This document shows, in pieces, positions 1 to 13,822 of a DNA stretch of 64,000 bases. A program made the position numbers and the translations under genes. Positions within the stretch are counted from its first letter, which is position 1. Each line of letters opens with the position of its first letter. Under the pieces are notes generated by a model. The model had not been told where the DNA came from and did no database searches. It was given only the letters and a program-made list of their open reading frames with translations. The stretch is from Botryllus schlosseri (taxonomy: Eukaryota), in the NCBI GenBank assembly GCA_051294905.1, contig CM119372.1, positions 2,482,001 to 2,546,000 on the forward strand, written 5' to 3'.

Positions 1-159
1 TAATATTGTTTATGTTGATTTACCAACACATTTGCAGCCTTTTTCAAGTCTATTTCATAATTTCCTCCCGGACGCAGTTTGAACAGTGAAATTCCGGGAA
101 AATCCGGACGTATGGCAACCCTAAGCTAGATAGACTCTACCATGGTCATTTACACAGGC

Positions 160-375
160 CAATTTTCTTCAATTTTATTCCGTAGCTGCCGACACGTAGC
201 ACGGCCCACTGCTAGGCTTGTATAAGACACCGCTTACACGATGGGATGGTGAGGATGAGACTAGATAAACCTCAAACACTTAGGTAGGAATTCTGGAGTC
301 GACCTCGGTGGACTCGAACCCACAACTCATTGGTAATGCAGCTGTGGATTATACAAGTACGCTACCTCGCCACTG
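160..375 (-). mobile_element. tRNA-derived SINE (same family as 24063-24270)
   Basis: Reverse complement contains B-box GGTTCGAGTCC followed by gaggtcgactccagaattcctacctaagtg, which is shared with the 24.1-kb copy. Confidence 0.6.
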
Positions 376-2078
376 CAACCCATTAGTGTTGCAGATGTGG
401 AACGTGGGCCTACCACTAGACGCTATCTCTGCGACTATAGAAAGGCATTTATCGGAACAAAAAGTAGGCTATCTGAACTTGCTGAGGGAGAGTTTTCTCC
501 AGGATTTTAGGAGGAGAGGCTTATCACTAGTGTATTTTCCTCACCTTTACATCGCCCGGGGCCAGGTGGGTGTCTGATTTGTCGGACTTATAGCCAAGTC
601 CTATCGACACTTTCCCATCTTTTCATTATATCGCAATCTTGTGGTGCATTGATAAGATAAAATTGTAAATAATAAACTTAATTGAAACTCAAGGGTATTC
701 CGCATGTGGATGCAAGTTAGCAGAGCTGTAATGACTCGAGTCATCGCTCGAAAATTACGATATTATGAATGCAAGCCATTTATTACTCGAGCAGAGTTGA
801 AAGATGATGGTTGAACCTGATTGAAATTAAAACAGAACAGTGAACATCATAACTTGGACTCGGACTCGAGTCAAAACGCTATGACTCGGTGGGGAATCGA
901 AAATGACTCGACATGACTCGAGTCAAAAAGGTGAGGTTATATATAGGTGAATATAAAGGTGAGGTTGACTTGTGACTCGGATCCTTGTGACTTGGTTACA
1001 ACTATGTAAGGCCACTCTGGTCGGTGCCTGTTCAGACCTTTAATGTTTATGATACTGGTATCCAATAGGGATGGTGTGAACCTCATGACGTCACGTGGGT
1101 CATATTGCTAATTCCAACCCTAAATTTCAGTGAAGCAATAGCCTGTATTAATGTACACGATACCTAGCGACAACTCGGACCCTATAATTCCACAAAGCTG
1201 AAATACATATTGACGTATTATGTATCAACTGGGGCTTGCTTCGTTAATATTGAGCAGAGTGTAAAACGGGATTTTAGATTTTCTACCGATATTGCCCCAT
1301 AAACAAGTTATACAGCGATAGTCAACACCACAATCGCAAGAATTTGGTTTTTATGATACAATAAACATATCGAATCAAGATTGACCCAGTACGCCTGCCA
1401 TATTTTTTACATCAGACAACGATATAAATTACATTGATTGGTTGAATAAGATTCATTCGCTGACTACCTACATCTACATGTAGTACATTTCGCTCTTCAT
1501 GTTATTTGATTGCGGGTCAACCTCACAGCAGAGAGTCACTAAATATTCACAAACGGAAAGCTGAATATTTCGAGAGAAATTTTGTAACAAAGCAAGTAAA
1601 TTTTTTTAAAGATTCAAGGTGCATGCTCGTTTAGTGCTGATTTTTTTATGCTGCGAGCGCCATGCATAGAGTTGCCCGCAATTGAAATGCAATACATTTC
1701 AACCAACGATGTTATAATGAAGTGAAAATTGTAATATATGAAAAAGGTTCACAGTGCAGAATCTATAAAGGTTCGTTTGTGAACGCCAACCTCTAAATTT
1801 CCGAGGCTCACACACAGAACGCGAACGTGAACCTCACGTTCACACCACCCCTATTCCAAGGTCGAAATAATGAAAGTCGACAACTGGGCTTCACTGGACT
1901 GAAAAAGAACCTCCTTTGATCTGATGTGAGTACATGCAATCATCATTTTGTTTTGATTGCACTTTATTAAATATCATAAAACATCGTTGATTTGACATTC
2001 CATGGTCATGACAACGAGCAACTGCATTGCATAACAGTGAGGATATCATGTCGGCTTCTCCCGTCGTCTTTCGTTTGT

Positions 2079-5000
2079 TTATTCCCGATCCTCGCCGTCA
2101 GCATGCGATTCATCTTCTGTCATCTCGCTCACGAAGTCACTCCAGCGTTGCACGTCTAGACATGAAGTAAACCTAGCATCCTATCAGGGTTGTAATGACT
2201 CGAGTCATGACTCGACTCGAGTCTCGAATCACGATTTTTTGGTGACTCGACTTGACTTGAGTCATTTTGCAAATGCGTAAAATGACTCGACTCGGGTTAA
2301 TTTTTGTATTGACTCGACTTGTATTCAAGTCATTGTGCATGACTACAACCACGCCATATGACTCGAGATGATACTGGAAAATAGGGCCAGAAACTGTTAA
2401 AACTGACGAAAACTACTATATTATGAATGCGAGCCATTATATCACTCGAACAGTGTTGAAAAAATATGGTTGAACCGGTTTGAACTGAAAACTGATCAGT
2501 GAACATAATGACCTGGACTCGGACTCGAGTCAAAACACTATGACTCGGACTCGACCATCTACTGGCTGACTTTGACCCAAACTTGACTCGGTGGTGAATT
2601 GAAAATGACTTGACCTGAGTCGAGTCAAAACTATAAAAGTGAGATTGACTTGTAACTCGGAATCCTTTGCATCCGCGAGGTTTTTGAGAGATTCGAAATA
2701 CCTTACAAGGAATGTCCTGGTGGATGTGGATCACCGAGGAATATATAGAATGACAAATATCTGGTTGAAAATGTAATATTATCATGGTTTAAATAGCGAT
2801 CACTACTGATATGGTATTACCTGTAAACCTCCTGCTGAGGATAAATTTGCTCTGGACGATGTAAGGTAACGACGCAAATTGCCTCAAGATAGAAATATTT
2901 CAATGCTCTGAGGTATCTGAAATTTTGATTGCCATCCAAGGTATACCTATGGTTATTTTATCAGTTTTGATATTTCTTTAATAGTGTATACCTGGGCTAT
3001 CCATATCAAAACACCTCTCAAAAATCTTATCCGGCACGTTCTCTATAGTTCCATAGGCGGTCAGTAACCAAGCAATTCTATTTCTAGGAGTACCCAAGTT
3101 GGTCTTGCTTATATACTCGCATGATACCTATATTTGTAGTGTGATTAATCATTTTGCAGCATAGTCCCGAAGAAACAGGAATTAATCAACTCAACTCAAC
3201 CAAATCTTATTTTTGAAACTAATTACTTGAACTTGCAAAGGAAGCTGCGTCGCCTACAACTCAACGAAATCAGAGATATCCCACTCTCCCGACAAGAAGC
3301 TAAAACAACTGTCAAAGAACTAACTCGCCTAAAATGGATGAACGAAGTTGAGACAAGTGGATCCGAAAATCTCTAGAAGATAATAAACTCCGCACACGGG
3401 ATTTCGCCGCCAATAGGACTCTCAAGAAAGGGATCATTGATGCTGACACGACTTCAGACTGGGCGTTGTAAAGTGAACGGCCATTTACATCGATTACGTT
3501 ATCTCGACGAATGTCTTTGTACGACATGTGGCGTGACTGAAACGGTGGAGCATTTTGGCTTTAATGTAGCCTACTCGCTGTAACTTGCAGCGAAATTATT
3601 TAATGGATATATAGCAGAACGGAACCACGTGCCCATTGATATTGTAGCGGTACTCGATAACCGCTACACCATTTTATCAGTTTTCGAATATGTGTTCCTG
3701 ACCGTGAAGCAGCTTTAACCTAGTATATCAATCGGGAGGATATACTTATAACATTTACGCTTGGTGCAAAAGGCCATAGCTGCTAAACACGATAATCCCC
3801 ATATACACGGATAGCCTACATAGGCTACTTGAGTGGTTTTCCGACTTCTCATTTTTTAGTTCCCCTTGAAACAGTTTTGATATCTCTCGGAATTGTTTAA
3901 TTCTAATTTAAATTGGGTAGGAATTTACGGCGATACTTATACTTGATCTGTAGTAGCAACGCTGACTACTTTGACCACCAATGTATAGTAGCCTACATAA
4001 ATATACTGTACTGGTAATTTGAGTTGAAAATTACCATCATATTTCAATTGCAGTTATTTCTATTAGTGAGATGAGATGCTGATCCAATGGGTTTTAGTAA
4101 CACGGTATCCAGTCAATCCCGTTGCCCTTAACTTGAAGTTTGGCATTCAAGTTCGCACCTTCGTGTTGGTCTGGTATAGCGAGTAGTTGCGGGTTCTCGT
4201 CTTCGGTTTCGGCAGAATTTGAAAGGAAATTTTGGTCGAAATTCGACTCCGGCGTGTCTTCTTCGAAATCGTTGTCTGGCTGCGCAAGAGGTAACGGGTG
4301 CATGTTAAAATTATCGGTTAAAAGTCCCGGTCAGTGGAGATTGCATCTGACAACGTGCACGCCAGGCGTTCCCAACCTGTGTGCCGCCCCTCATTGCCAC
4401 CTTTTTCAGGGGTCATGGAGAAATTTGAAAAATTATCATTTCTATGAGTTTACTCTGCTATAGCTGAAGAAATAAACTTATAGTTAACAAAAATGATAGT
4501 ACAGCAATAAGCTAGTGCTTGATATTCAGTGTAATCTCCTCCCTCCACCCGTAAAGCAGATAATTAGGACATGACCAGAGCAAAACATGCTCAACCACCA
4601 CATTACATAAGTATGTATGATAGCTAATTATTGCACTGACATCTTTATTGTTTGTAGTAATTATATAATTCACCTTTCTAACTAGCGTCACTGCATTAAT
4701 CATTTATTCATATTTAACACAATGCTTCCCAATTGATTCAAAGATAGCAGAAAACTGGGGCTCATTGATTTTTCAAATTTTCAAAGGAAGCCACGTTGTG
4801 AAGAGGTTGATAAGCGCTGGTTAGGAAAAGCAAAGGATCTCTTGTCTCGGTCACAAAATCCATCCGCTCGCCTAATGTTAGCGATCACGGGACTATAAGG
4901 CTGTACAAGTGTACATCGTACGTTAGAAAACAGCAAGAATGCGTTTATTAATTTCCTTGATCCAATCTGGATGAAACCAATGAAAGCTTACCACTGGACG

Positions 5001-5295
5001 CGTGTTGTCTCCTAATCCCATCACCAGGCCCGGTAGTTTACATTTGGCGTATTTTTTGATAATTTTCTTTCCGTACCTGTAATTTCGAATGTGCAAAGCG
5101 ATGCATCAATTTTGCAGGACTGCTACACTCCGTTTCATACCTTTTAACCGTTCTTTTTACGACCCTTCCAACTCGTCTCACCCACTTCCTGCTTCTCCTC
5201 CTCCTCCTCCTCCGCCTTCTTCTCCCCCATCCACAGGACAAGTCGATAAGCATCATGCAAATTAACAGCAACGCAAGTGTAGCACGAAACTTCAT
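2079..5295 (-). CDS. Styelin-like poly-Arg cationic antimicrobial peptide precursor, gene 1 (145 aa, 4 exons)
   Basis: Exons 5295-5141, 5076-4992, 4279-4159, 2155-2079; all introns GT..AG, phases 2/0/1; open to TAA. Protein: MKFRATLALLLICMMLIDLSCG | WGRRRRRRRRRRSRKWVRRVGRVVKRTVKRYGKKIIKKYAKCKLPGLVMGL-G | DNTRPVPDNDFEEDTPESNFDQNFLSNSAETEDENPQLLAIPDQHEDVQRWSDFVSEMTEDESHADGEDRE. AATAAA at 1963-1968 (minus strand). Confidence 0.88.
2185..2666 (+). mobile_element. hAT-type MITE, GACTCGAGTC family A (3'-truncated), in gene 1 intron 3
   Basis: Starts CAGGGTTGTAATGACTCGAGTC with many GACTCGA/GAGTC motifs. Absent from unit B. A related partial copy lies at about 721-1005. Confidence 0.75.
3200..3820 (+). 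mobile_element. Non-LTR retrotransposon 3' fragment (I/Nimb-like clade) in gene 1 intron 3
   Basis: Translates to LTRLQTGRCKVNGHLHRLRYLDECLCTTCGVTETVEHF, a C-terminal zinc-knuckle-type motif. Absent from unit B. Confidence 0.7.
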
Positions 5296-5357
5296 CGCGA
5301 TTAGACTCTGGTTCCAAAGACAAAGTAGCGACTTATATCACATTGCAAGTTGCTTCA

Positions 5358-5363
5358 CTTATA
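5358..5363 (-). promoter_or_regulatory. Candidate TATA box of AMP gene 1
   Basis: TATAAG on the minus strand about 65 bp upstream of the ATG. The equivalent site in gene 2 reads TATAGG. Confidence 0.35.
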
Positions 5364-6208
5364 GCCTGCAATAACTAACGGTAATGCATGGATCAGCCCA
5401 TCGACAACGCGAGACCGTGCTACCTCTTGACAACACAAAACGTTGGTGCACGCACACGAATGCAAAGCTCTGGCGTCATTCTCCATAATCATATCCGTGG
5501 TTCGTGCAGACAAAAGTGCGATGATAGTCTGATCGCAAAAGACGTTAATTTGTCCGAAAGTTTTTGGTATATCAAAATTGTACATGTCACGAAGTATTTT
5601 CGAGTATTGGAACCTCTGAATTACCATAGTTTAGCACCATTCCTACGTGTTTTTATATATTTGCCATGCGTGGTGCTGGTGCACAATGCTACGACTGCGA
5701 AGGTTGCCATATGGATTGCTTGAAATTTGACTATACTTTGAATTGAAGGGTTGATTTCATTTCAATCGGGTAGCATTTGTCCTCATATCGATGCAACTCA
5801 TTTGTATACAGTAAGAGAAAGCAGAATTGCTTTTGAAGCTAGAAAATAAGCTTTTGCAAAATAATATTTATAGAACAGGATTTAATATCTAGCGCTTACA
5901 GATCAGGATGCTTCGCGTCTTATTCGGACCCCTCTCTAAATTTGCAATTTTTGCTACATAAACTTTTGCATTTATACCTGTATGAGTCGGAAAAGGATGT
6001 TACACATGGTACACAGAGTGGTGATGTTTAATATTGCTATGTCAAATCAATGACGGACCACATCCATATCATTCAGCGTGGGTAGGAAGGAAGTTTTCAG
6101 GGCTGTTTGTTGATGCTGGAAGTACTGTACTACACATAATACAACAAATCATATTGAAGAAGAACACAGCGTAAGTTTAATTCAGTTTCTTCGCATAGGG
6201 GATTTCAC

Positions 6209-9200
6209 CCGTGGCGGCTCGCCCTATAGGTAACTGGGGCATTGCCCAGCCAAAATTCTGTTCTATAGCAATGATTTACCATTTATTAGGGTTACCATAT
6301 CTTAGTGACATACCTTACGAACGTTCTTTAGCGCCCACTAGTGGATTTTAAACGAAGTATGAGCTAATTGTCGATCAATATGACGTCACACCAGCAAAGC
6401 TTTGTCTATCAACTAGAGGTGGTCATGATCCGGTTCAGGAGAATGTGGATGTGTGTTTCATATGTTGCAATCAGGGCAGAAGCCACATTATTTCAGCCCT
6501 CTCCCGCACAAATAAACACTGATTTTGGGCCCATCGTAGGGTAATCGATGAAACTTCTGGGGGCTTACTATATTCATCTCGTCGTTAAATGATTTGAATG
6601 AATTATGTCAATAACATTGGTTCTTCCATATATTACTATAAAGTTTTGATCCTCTCTCCACCCACATGGTCAGAGTTAGGGGTAGAGCTGGTGGAGGCTG
6701 ATGACTTCGAAAATGCAAGGAGCGTAATTCTACATCGTTAAGTCATGTTCATGTCACACCGATAAGATGATTTATCAGCCTAATGCCGGTGCGTACTGCA
6801 GCTCTGAACTATATAAACACCGCACATCCGGTGGTTTCCAACCTTTTATGGTCGTGAGTCCATTTCCAATTTGCCGTGGCCCAGCTCCAAATTAGACGAG
6901 CTGATTACTAATTGAAGGTCGGAACATTTGCCCGGACTTACGGCCTATTTTGGAAGCTGTTTACGTTCAACATCTTCGCGAACCCCAGATTAAAGACAAA
7001 CTACCCCCAGGTTTAGAACCATTATCTTTGAATAAGTCATCCAAACGGCCTACACCCACTCTATGAATATACCGTTATCTTGTAATTGCGATTGCAAATG
7101 GACTTATTTCTGTAAATGAATGGTATTTTTATTTACTTTTGATCGCAGTTTTAGCGAGGGTGGTAGTCTCCATATTAAAACCAATATATAGGATACTAAT
7201 TCGCGCACAGCGCGATGAATAATTTCATGTAGCATAAATCTGCCCAAAATAATATTGTGTACGTTGATTTACGACAAAAATTATGAGCTTACTTCAAGCC
7301 TTCAAAATTCCGGACATTTAGGCATATTTAAGAAATTCCTCCTGGACGCAGTTTTAACAGTGAAATTACGAACATGCCCGGGAAATTCGAGATGTGTGGC
7401 AACTAGTGCCGAGCATGGACCGGAGCCGGATTGGATTTCCAGCCGGATTTTTTCAATTTTGACCGGAACCGGATCGGACCGGATCAGTACTTTTTTTGAT
7501 ACGACCGGAGCCGGATCTGTACTTTTTTGATAACGCCAGAATCAATATGGATAAGCATGAGGTTTGTAACTAAATAACTACCAACAAACGACAAGCAAGT
7601 AACCGCCAAACCAGTGCGAAAATAAATGAGCCATATTTATATATTCACGGAACCACCGCACCGTGTAGGGTCGGATTATAGATAACTAACCTACGGGTTA
7701 GTTATCTATAGTCGGATTTCCGGCCGCACTTTTTCATTTTTGGCCGGAGCCGGATCGGAGCCAGATCAGAGAATTAAAAAAAACGGATCGGAGTCAGACC
7801 AGAGAATTTGTCGATCCACTCCGCACTAATGGCAGCTCTATCATTTATAGACGCACAGCAATCAATATATACCAGTAGTTCCCGTCCTTTTTGTCTTCAT
7901 TCCCCACTTCCCATTCATTCCAAGTCGCCATTCCCCACTACCTAAAGCTATCATCGTATTTCCTTTTAACTTCTGTCATTACGGAGCAGCTATTAGCTTG
8001 CTTGAGTACACAAGACTCACAACCAATAAGTAGCCTACGCGAGACCGTCACCAATAACTGTAACATAAAACGTATTGTGAACCGCTACCGGTAGCCCTCA
8101 AAATTCAGCGAAAGCGTTATATCACGTCATACTGGTAGTGCTGGATGCGTTTGTGACGTCATCATTGGTTAACCAAAGTTAAAAAGGAGGTTTTGTGAAC
8201 AACACGCAATATAATTTTCGATACATACATAACAGAGCAGTTGACTGCAATGACTGGTAACGGTAATCGCGCATATGTCTCCGCAAATATGTAGACTATC
8301 CTGTAGATAATGTTTATACCGGATGCGTCTATTCCCCACCAGAAACCATTGAATTCCCCACTGGTGGGAATTCCCCACCCGTTGGGAACCACTGATATAT
8401 ACCGAAATCACTGCGAAAATCGCATTTGCTTGTAAATGCCCAGCGAAGACTTTACGAAAATCTAATTATCTTCTGTGTTTTCGCTTTGTAAATGCCTGGC
8501 TGGCGCTTGCCTCGGTAGCATTGTGCCTAGCCTCTCGATGTCACTCAATGATTAGGACAGTAGTTTCGTAATCGAGGTCGAGTATGGTAAAGAAAACCAG
8601 AGATGTGCGTTGATCTGACACTTATTTAGGGTGCCTTTATTTTGTGCTAGGAAACTTATGAAACTTATGGAAACTTATGAAACTTATGAAAACTTATGAA
8701 AACTTATGAAACTTATGAAACTTATGAAAACTTATGAAAATTATGAAAACTTATGAAACTTATGAAAACTTATGAAAACTTATGAAACTTATGGAAACTT
8801 ATGAAAAGTTCTGAAAACTTATGAAACTTATGAAACTTATGAAACTTACGGAAACTTATGTAACTTATGAATATTATGGAAACTTATGAAACTTATAATT
8901 CAGATTCGAATTTTATTGTGAGACCATTGTCTCGGTATTCCATTCCAAATAGGGATTTTTAAATCATGATTGCAATAATGGCAATCCAGATTTACATAGA
9001 CAAGTGGTTGTCAAAATTTTCAACCTCGCGTCACCCTCTGTAATTGGAAAATAGTCAGCAGAACCCTAGCACAGTGGTTACCGACCTTTTTTGGCTGACA
9101 CCACACTGTAAACTAGCGGAAGATTTGACAGCACCGATAGACACACGGAGGTGATCTCTGACGAAGCTATTTTACCTATTCGGTGACCGCGAGTAGGCTT

Positions 9201-10889
9201 TGCCTTCTTGTACTATACGTATAACCATGCGGTAACTAAGTGCCAGCACGCCTAACAAGAGAATGGGGACTGTTCTGATTGCAATATGAATTTATAAACT
9301 TGAACATCGACGACACTTCATTTCGTCGACTATTATTTCTAAGATACCAATTCAGCGTCAATCAACAAACGCGACCGTGTCGCAATCTTCATATGCTAAC
9401 GCGTGACCCAATTTGATTTCCGCGCGGGGAAAGTTTCATAAGTCTCATAAGTTTTCATAAGTCTCATAAGTTTCCATAAATTTTCATAAGTTTCATAAGT
9501 TTTCATAAGTTTCATAAGTTTCATAAGTTTCATAAGTTTTCATAAGTTTTCATAAGTTTTCATAAGTTATATAAGTTTTCATAAGTCTCATAAGTTTCCA
9601 TAAATTTTCATAAGTTTCATAAGTTTTCATAAGTTTCATAAGTCTCATAAGTTTTCATAAGTTTCATAAGTTTTCATAAGTTTCATAAGTCTCATAAGTT
9701 TTCATAAGTCTCATAAGTTTCCATAAATTTTCATAAGTTTCATAAGTTTTCATAAGTTTCATAAGTTTCATAAGTTTCATAAGTCTCATAAGTTTTCATA
9801 AGTTTCATAAGTTTTCATAAGTTTCATAAGTTTTCATAAGTTTCATAAGTTTCCTAGCACAAAATAAAGACACCCCTTATTTATACCGCATCGCGGATTT
9901 CACGCAAAAGCCGGCGTTGGTATATGTTAATTTTTGCTGTGTTCCATACCGAAATAGGTGATGATATTTCGAATGGTATATCTCGATGATCTCATGTAGC
10001 AGTTTACTAAGTTTCCCGGTTTAATTGCTATCAATTATTTATTTAATTTTATGATATCCAATGTCGATTTTATCGTGAAATTACAGCCTTCAAGTCATTT
10101 GCTAACAATCCGCATTGTCAAGTGCGATAGCTATTTCGTTTTCAATGTCGACTAACAGCTGATCAATTTTTATTTTACGCATAATTCGCTGTTGGTCTGC
10201 ATTGATTTTGACGGTGTTCCATACCCAGATGGGAGATGTGATTGCGTATTCTACATCTCGTTGATGTCATTTAACCGTGTTCTATGTTTACGATTTCACA
10301 GCAGAATATTATAGACAGTGCAGTTGACTGTGTCACCTTGAATTGGACTTCAGATTATTATCCCGATATATATCTCAACAACGTACAACACTTGCAATAT
10401 TATTGCCCAGCTATCGTTCACACAATGCATGCCATGACGTCATTCTATCGTTTGTCGAGTACTCGCGAGAACTATACTAGCAGGCTCTTTTATAACTGCT
10501 ACCCTAACAACGTCTTATTCTGTGCAAATATACTTCGTGTTTGAGTAAACATCTGTGGATTTAAGAACTCGCAAACCTCAGTACAGGTTATGTTGCCAGC
10601 AAAGCTAACCGAATATATCGGCCAGCTACTTTATTACCACAGGAATGCCGCCAAGTCCCTCTACTGCTGCAACAGTAAGCCGCATCACAGTCTCCATTGC
10701 TAAGTGTGAGAGTGTGCGAGCCCGAGCGTGTATTGGCCGCGATCTGAAACATCTGGTCTGTGACCATGACCACTACGAAGTCACATTTTTACGTAGGAAT
10801 GCACCATTGTGACGTCATGTTGACAACAAACATCGTGTGCTGTGTGCACCCCTTGCGCCACCACCGGATAAAGTCACGAGACGCCACTG
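6209..10889. mobile_element. Non-autonomous hAT-like element (4.7 kb) with nested insertions, specific to duplication unit A
   Basis: Termini CCGTGGCGGCTCG / CGAGACGCCACTG (11/13 inverted match); TSD GATTTCAC/GATTTCAT. The empty site is present in unit B at about 18460. Confidence 0.75.
8629..9875. mobile_element. Foldback-type transposon with modular minisatellite TIRs
   Basis: Termini GGGTG(C/T)CTTTATTTTGTGCTAGGAAAC in inverted orientation. Arms are built from 9-10 bp GAAA(A)CTTAT repeats (8650-8897 and inverted 9432-9853). Perfect TSD CTTATTTA at 8621-8628 and 9876-9883. Confidence 0.88.
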
Positions 10890-11796
10890 GATTTCATGGT
10901 ATTTAGTTTGTTATCGTAACAAAATCGACTAAGCGTTCTTAATATAAATGCATCGGACAGAAAACGCTAGTGCAATGAAAGGAGTCACCGAAGGGACATT
11001 TGTTGCTAACTTGTCATCCGGACCTAGAGATCGTCCGCACACCAACACAGTTCCTGACTTCGCAATACGCTTTTGTTATGATACAACTGTCCGCAAATCC
11101 TAACGAATTGTTGGCCTACATATGCTTATTTGCGAACAGGTGGGACATCAAGATCCTGTTGAAACAACATGTGTTTTCATGGTTTGTTTTTGTTCTATAT
11201 GAATGTAGAAAAGGAAGGATGTAGTTTGGCTAAGATATATATGAACGCATTGTATAACATCAAACAATATTTGATATCTGGGAAGTAATTAGTCACCGAG
11301 TCAATAAATACATAGTTACAGCGACATCACAACTATATCTAGAGCCCGACCGATATCGGAATATTAAGCCGATACCGAGAAAACCGATATCCATTGCAGA
11401 TATAGTTATTAGTTATATTACCCCTGATATGTTCTAAAGGTCGATATCGATACCATCGGCAAACCAAAAATCGGTCGGGCTGTAATCATAACCCCAGCGG
11501 TTCAGGCATGCGCCCACGACATACAATGTACAGAACGACACCGAAGACAATGTCATGTAATCAGGAGGAAGAAGGATGTTGAAACTATCCAACACGGCCT
11601 CTTAATTAAACATCCACCTCACGTCAATGCTGGAGGAAGAGCACTTAGTTCTGTACCTTGGAATTTGAGATTTAGATATTTTAGACTGGTCTTTCTTCTT
11701 TTATTAGCTTGTTTCATTCCCCAGCCGCGTCTCGTCTCGGACTATTTTGTGGAGACGTGGTAAGAGCAGTGACGTATCGGGGAGGTGGAGCGCGGA

Positions 11797-12400
11797 TTAT
11801 TATTATAAAGATTATTAATTTTAGTTTTAGTGACGCTGGTCTCCTCTTCGGCCTTGTGCAACACGGAAAATAATGTTTTCTCTAGGATTTCCTTTCCATG
11901 CTATATGACAATGATTGGAAATAATTTTTAACATATGTATGCTTGTAACATGAAATTATAAACTCGGCGACCCGGGGTAAATAATTGCGGCAGAGTCAAT
12001 AACTTAGCCAATGTAAGCGTCATGCTGAGCGTCATGCAAGCGTCGGCAAGGAATGCCACATTATATGGCCAACTGCTTCGGGAACATTACACACTTCACA
12101 GAGTGGGGAATAAGCGCAACCAATCATGAACAGTCGTGCCTCGAATCTGCAGTGTCCGGTTTGGGGGCGAAACAAGATACGTCCAATGAGACGGTTTGGA
12201 TAGGCTTCTGGCTCCGGTGTCGATATCAACGGTTGGAACATCCTGGATTGGGATCCGTTATCTTCGGCTGCCACTGCCATTGGTCTTGGCAGAGCAGGCG
12301 AGTGACCGATTTCGCTGTTACAGTTGGGATATCGATACTCGGTTGGCTGCCCGTGATAGTTGGTCAGCCCGTTCGTTGCCATCTATAGTCCGGAGTGGCC
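11797..12400 (-). mobile_element. Non-LTR retrotransposon 3' fragment (I/Nimb-like clade)
   Basis: FRPQTGHCRFEARLFMIGCAYSPLCEVCNVPEAVGHI motif; (TAA)n-like tail at about 11797-11820. Confidence 0.7.
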
Positions 12401-12459
12401 TGGACGCCAAATTTGTAATACAATAATTTACAACAACCATATCCGCGGTGCATTCAGAC

Positions 12460-12980
12460 CAGAGTTGTAATGACTCCAGTCACAATTTTCTGATGACTCG
12501 ACTTGACTCGAGTCATTTTCCCAAAATACGTAAATGACTCGACTCGACTTGAGTCAATCTGTGTATCGACTCGACTTGAACTCGAGTCATTGTGCATGAC
12601 TCGAGACTCGGACGGCCAAGACCGACATTTCATTTTAATTTCGAAGAATAGTAAAGTAACCACACTAGTGAGATTGCGTCTATTGGTACTGGTACTTGAA
12701 AATGCGACCAGAAACTGCTAAAAGTGAGGAAAATTAATATATTATGAAAGCGAACCATTCGATATCACCAAAATGAGTTATACAAAGTGGATTTGCAAGA
12801 CTTTAATTGGAAACTGAGCAGTCAACACAATGACTTGGACACGGACTCGAGTCATAATACCATAACTAGGACTCGACCCTCTGCTCGATGACTTGGACTC
12901 GGACTTGACTCGGTGGTGAGTTGACAATGACTCGACTTGACTCGAGTCTAAACTATAATTGTGACTTGGTTACAACCCTG
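12460..12980 (+). mobile_element. hAT-type MITE, GACTCGAGTC family A (complete)
   Basis: TIRs CAGAGTTGTAA / TTACAACCCTG; perfect 8-bp TSD ATTCAGAC at 12452-12459 and 12981-12988. Confidence 0.88.
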
Positions 12981-13822
12981 ATTCAGACGAAGTTTAGGCA
13001 AAAGATGCTAAATACATGCGAACGTTTGTGGCTTATCAAAAATTATCGCGGTCACGAACTTCCAAAGTTTTTTCGACAATGCGAACTTCCAAATTATGTG
13101 TAGTATGATGTTATAAGATGTTTGGAATAATCTTATAATGCAACTTTTTGCTATTTTTCATGCGACTTTTTAGTGCAACTTTTATCAAGTATTGCGCAAA
13201 ATGCAAAGGAGGGATTAATAAAAACATGTTATGAAACTAAGCATGTCTAGTATGGTTTTCTCTTTGATTTGCTTTACAAACAACGATGTGGTGGATTATC
13301 TGCATCTTAATATTATCTATGACGCAATAACGTGCGAGTTAACAGCCCGAGACAAGCACGACATCGACTGAACTATATGTAAATAGATCGCTTGATTAAT
13401 TCACTGTCGTTAAAGTTTGAGGTTCTTTCCCATTTCACGAACGCCCAGGCGAGATCGCCGAAAATTACATTTATACTTGGTCACATATTTGAGGCTATTG
13501 ATTTTGTTGAAGTCGCCAACACTGAATAGTGATGCATTGCCTTGGGCCAGGTTTGCAGACCTGGAGGGCTTGGGGTATGGTATGTGACTTGTTTTATGGA
13601 CTATCAATCTAGATCGGCAACTGCGCTCCACTTGACTAAAAAAGAACCGCTTTTAATCTGACGTGAATAGGCCTACATACAAATCATCATTTAGTTTTGA
13701 TTGCACTTTATTAGATATCGTAAAACATCGGTGAATTGACATTTTATGGTCATGACAACGAGCAACTGCATTTTATAACAGTGGCGAAGTCATTCCGGCT
13801 TCTCCCGTCGTCTTTAGCTTGT

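Larger units (their letters stand above)
1890..11800. repeat. Segmental duplication unit A (contains AMP gene 1)
   Basis: Collinear similarity with 13630-19770 across 3' flank, exons, introns and upstream DNA (e.g. 5750-6190 vs 17985-18445; 10900-11790 vs 18465-19770). Interrupted by copy-specific TE insertions. Boundaries approximate. Confidence 0.85.

Noticed and set aside
2330..2785. 151-aa ORF and similar S/R/V/T-rich ORFs (12454-12721, 62546-62806)
   Set aside because: These are translations of GACTCGAGTC-repeat MITEs with no protein-like features.
5038..5295. Reading the Arg-rich ORFs as protamines or as single-exon genes
   Set aside because: They start with hydrophobic signal peptides and splice in frame to conserved exons 2-4. 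The ORF-track tails (e.g. YETECSS...) are intron read-through.
8650..9853. CRISPR-like or telomeric array
   Set aside because: There are no unique spacers. The repeats form the two inverted arms of a TSD-flanked foldback element in eukaryotic DNA.
11695..11760. Possible sixth AMP last-exon remnant (TTAGCTTGTTTCATTCCC resembles the gene 2 stop region)
   Set aside because: The match is under 20 bp, and no acidic reading frame or upstream exons were found.
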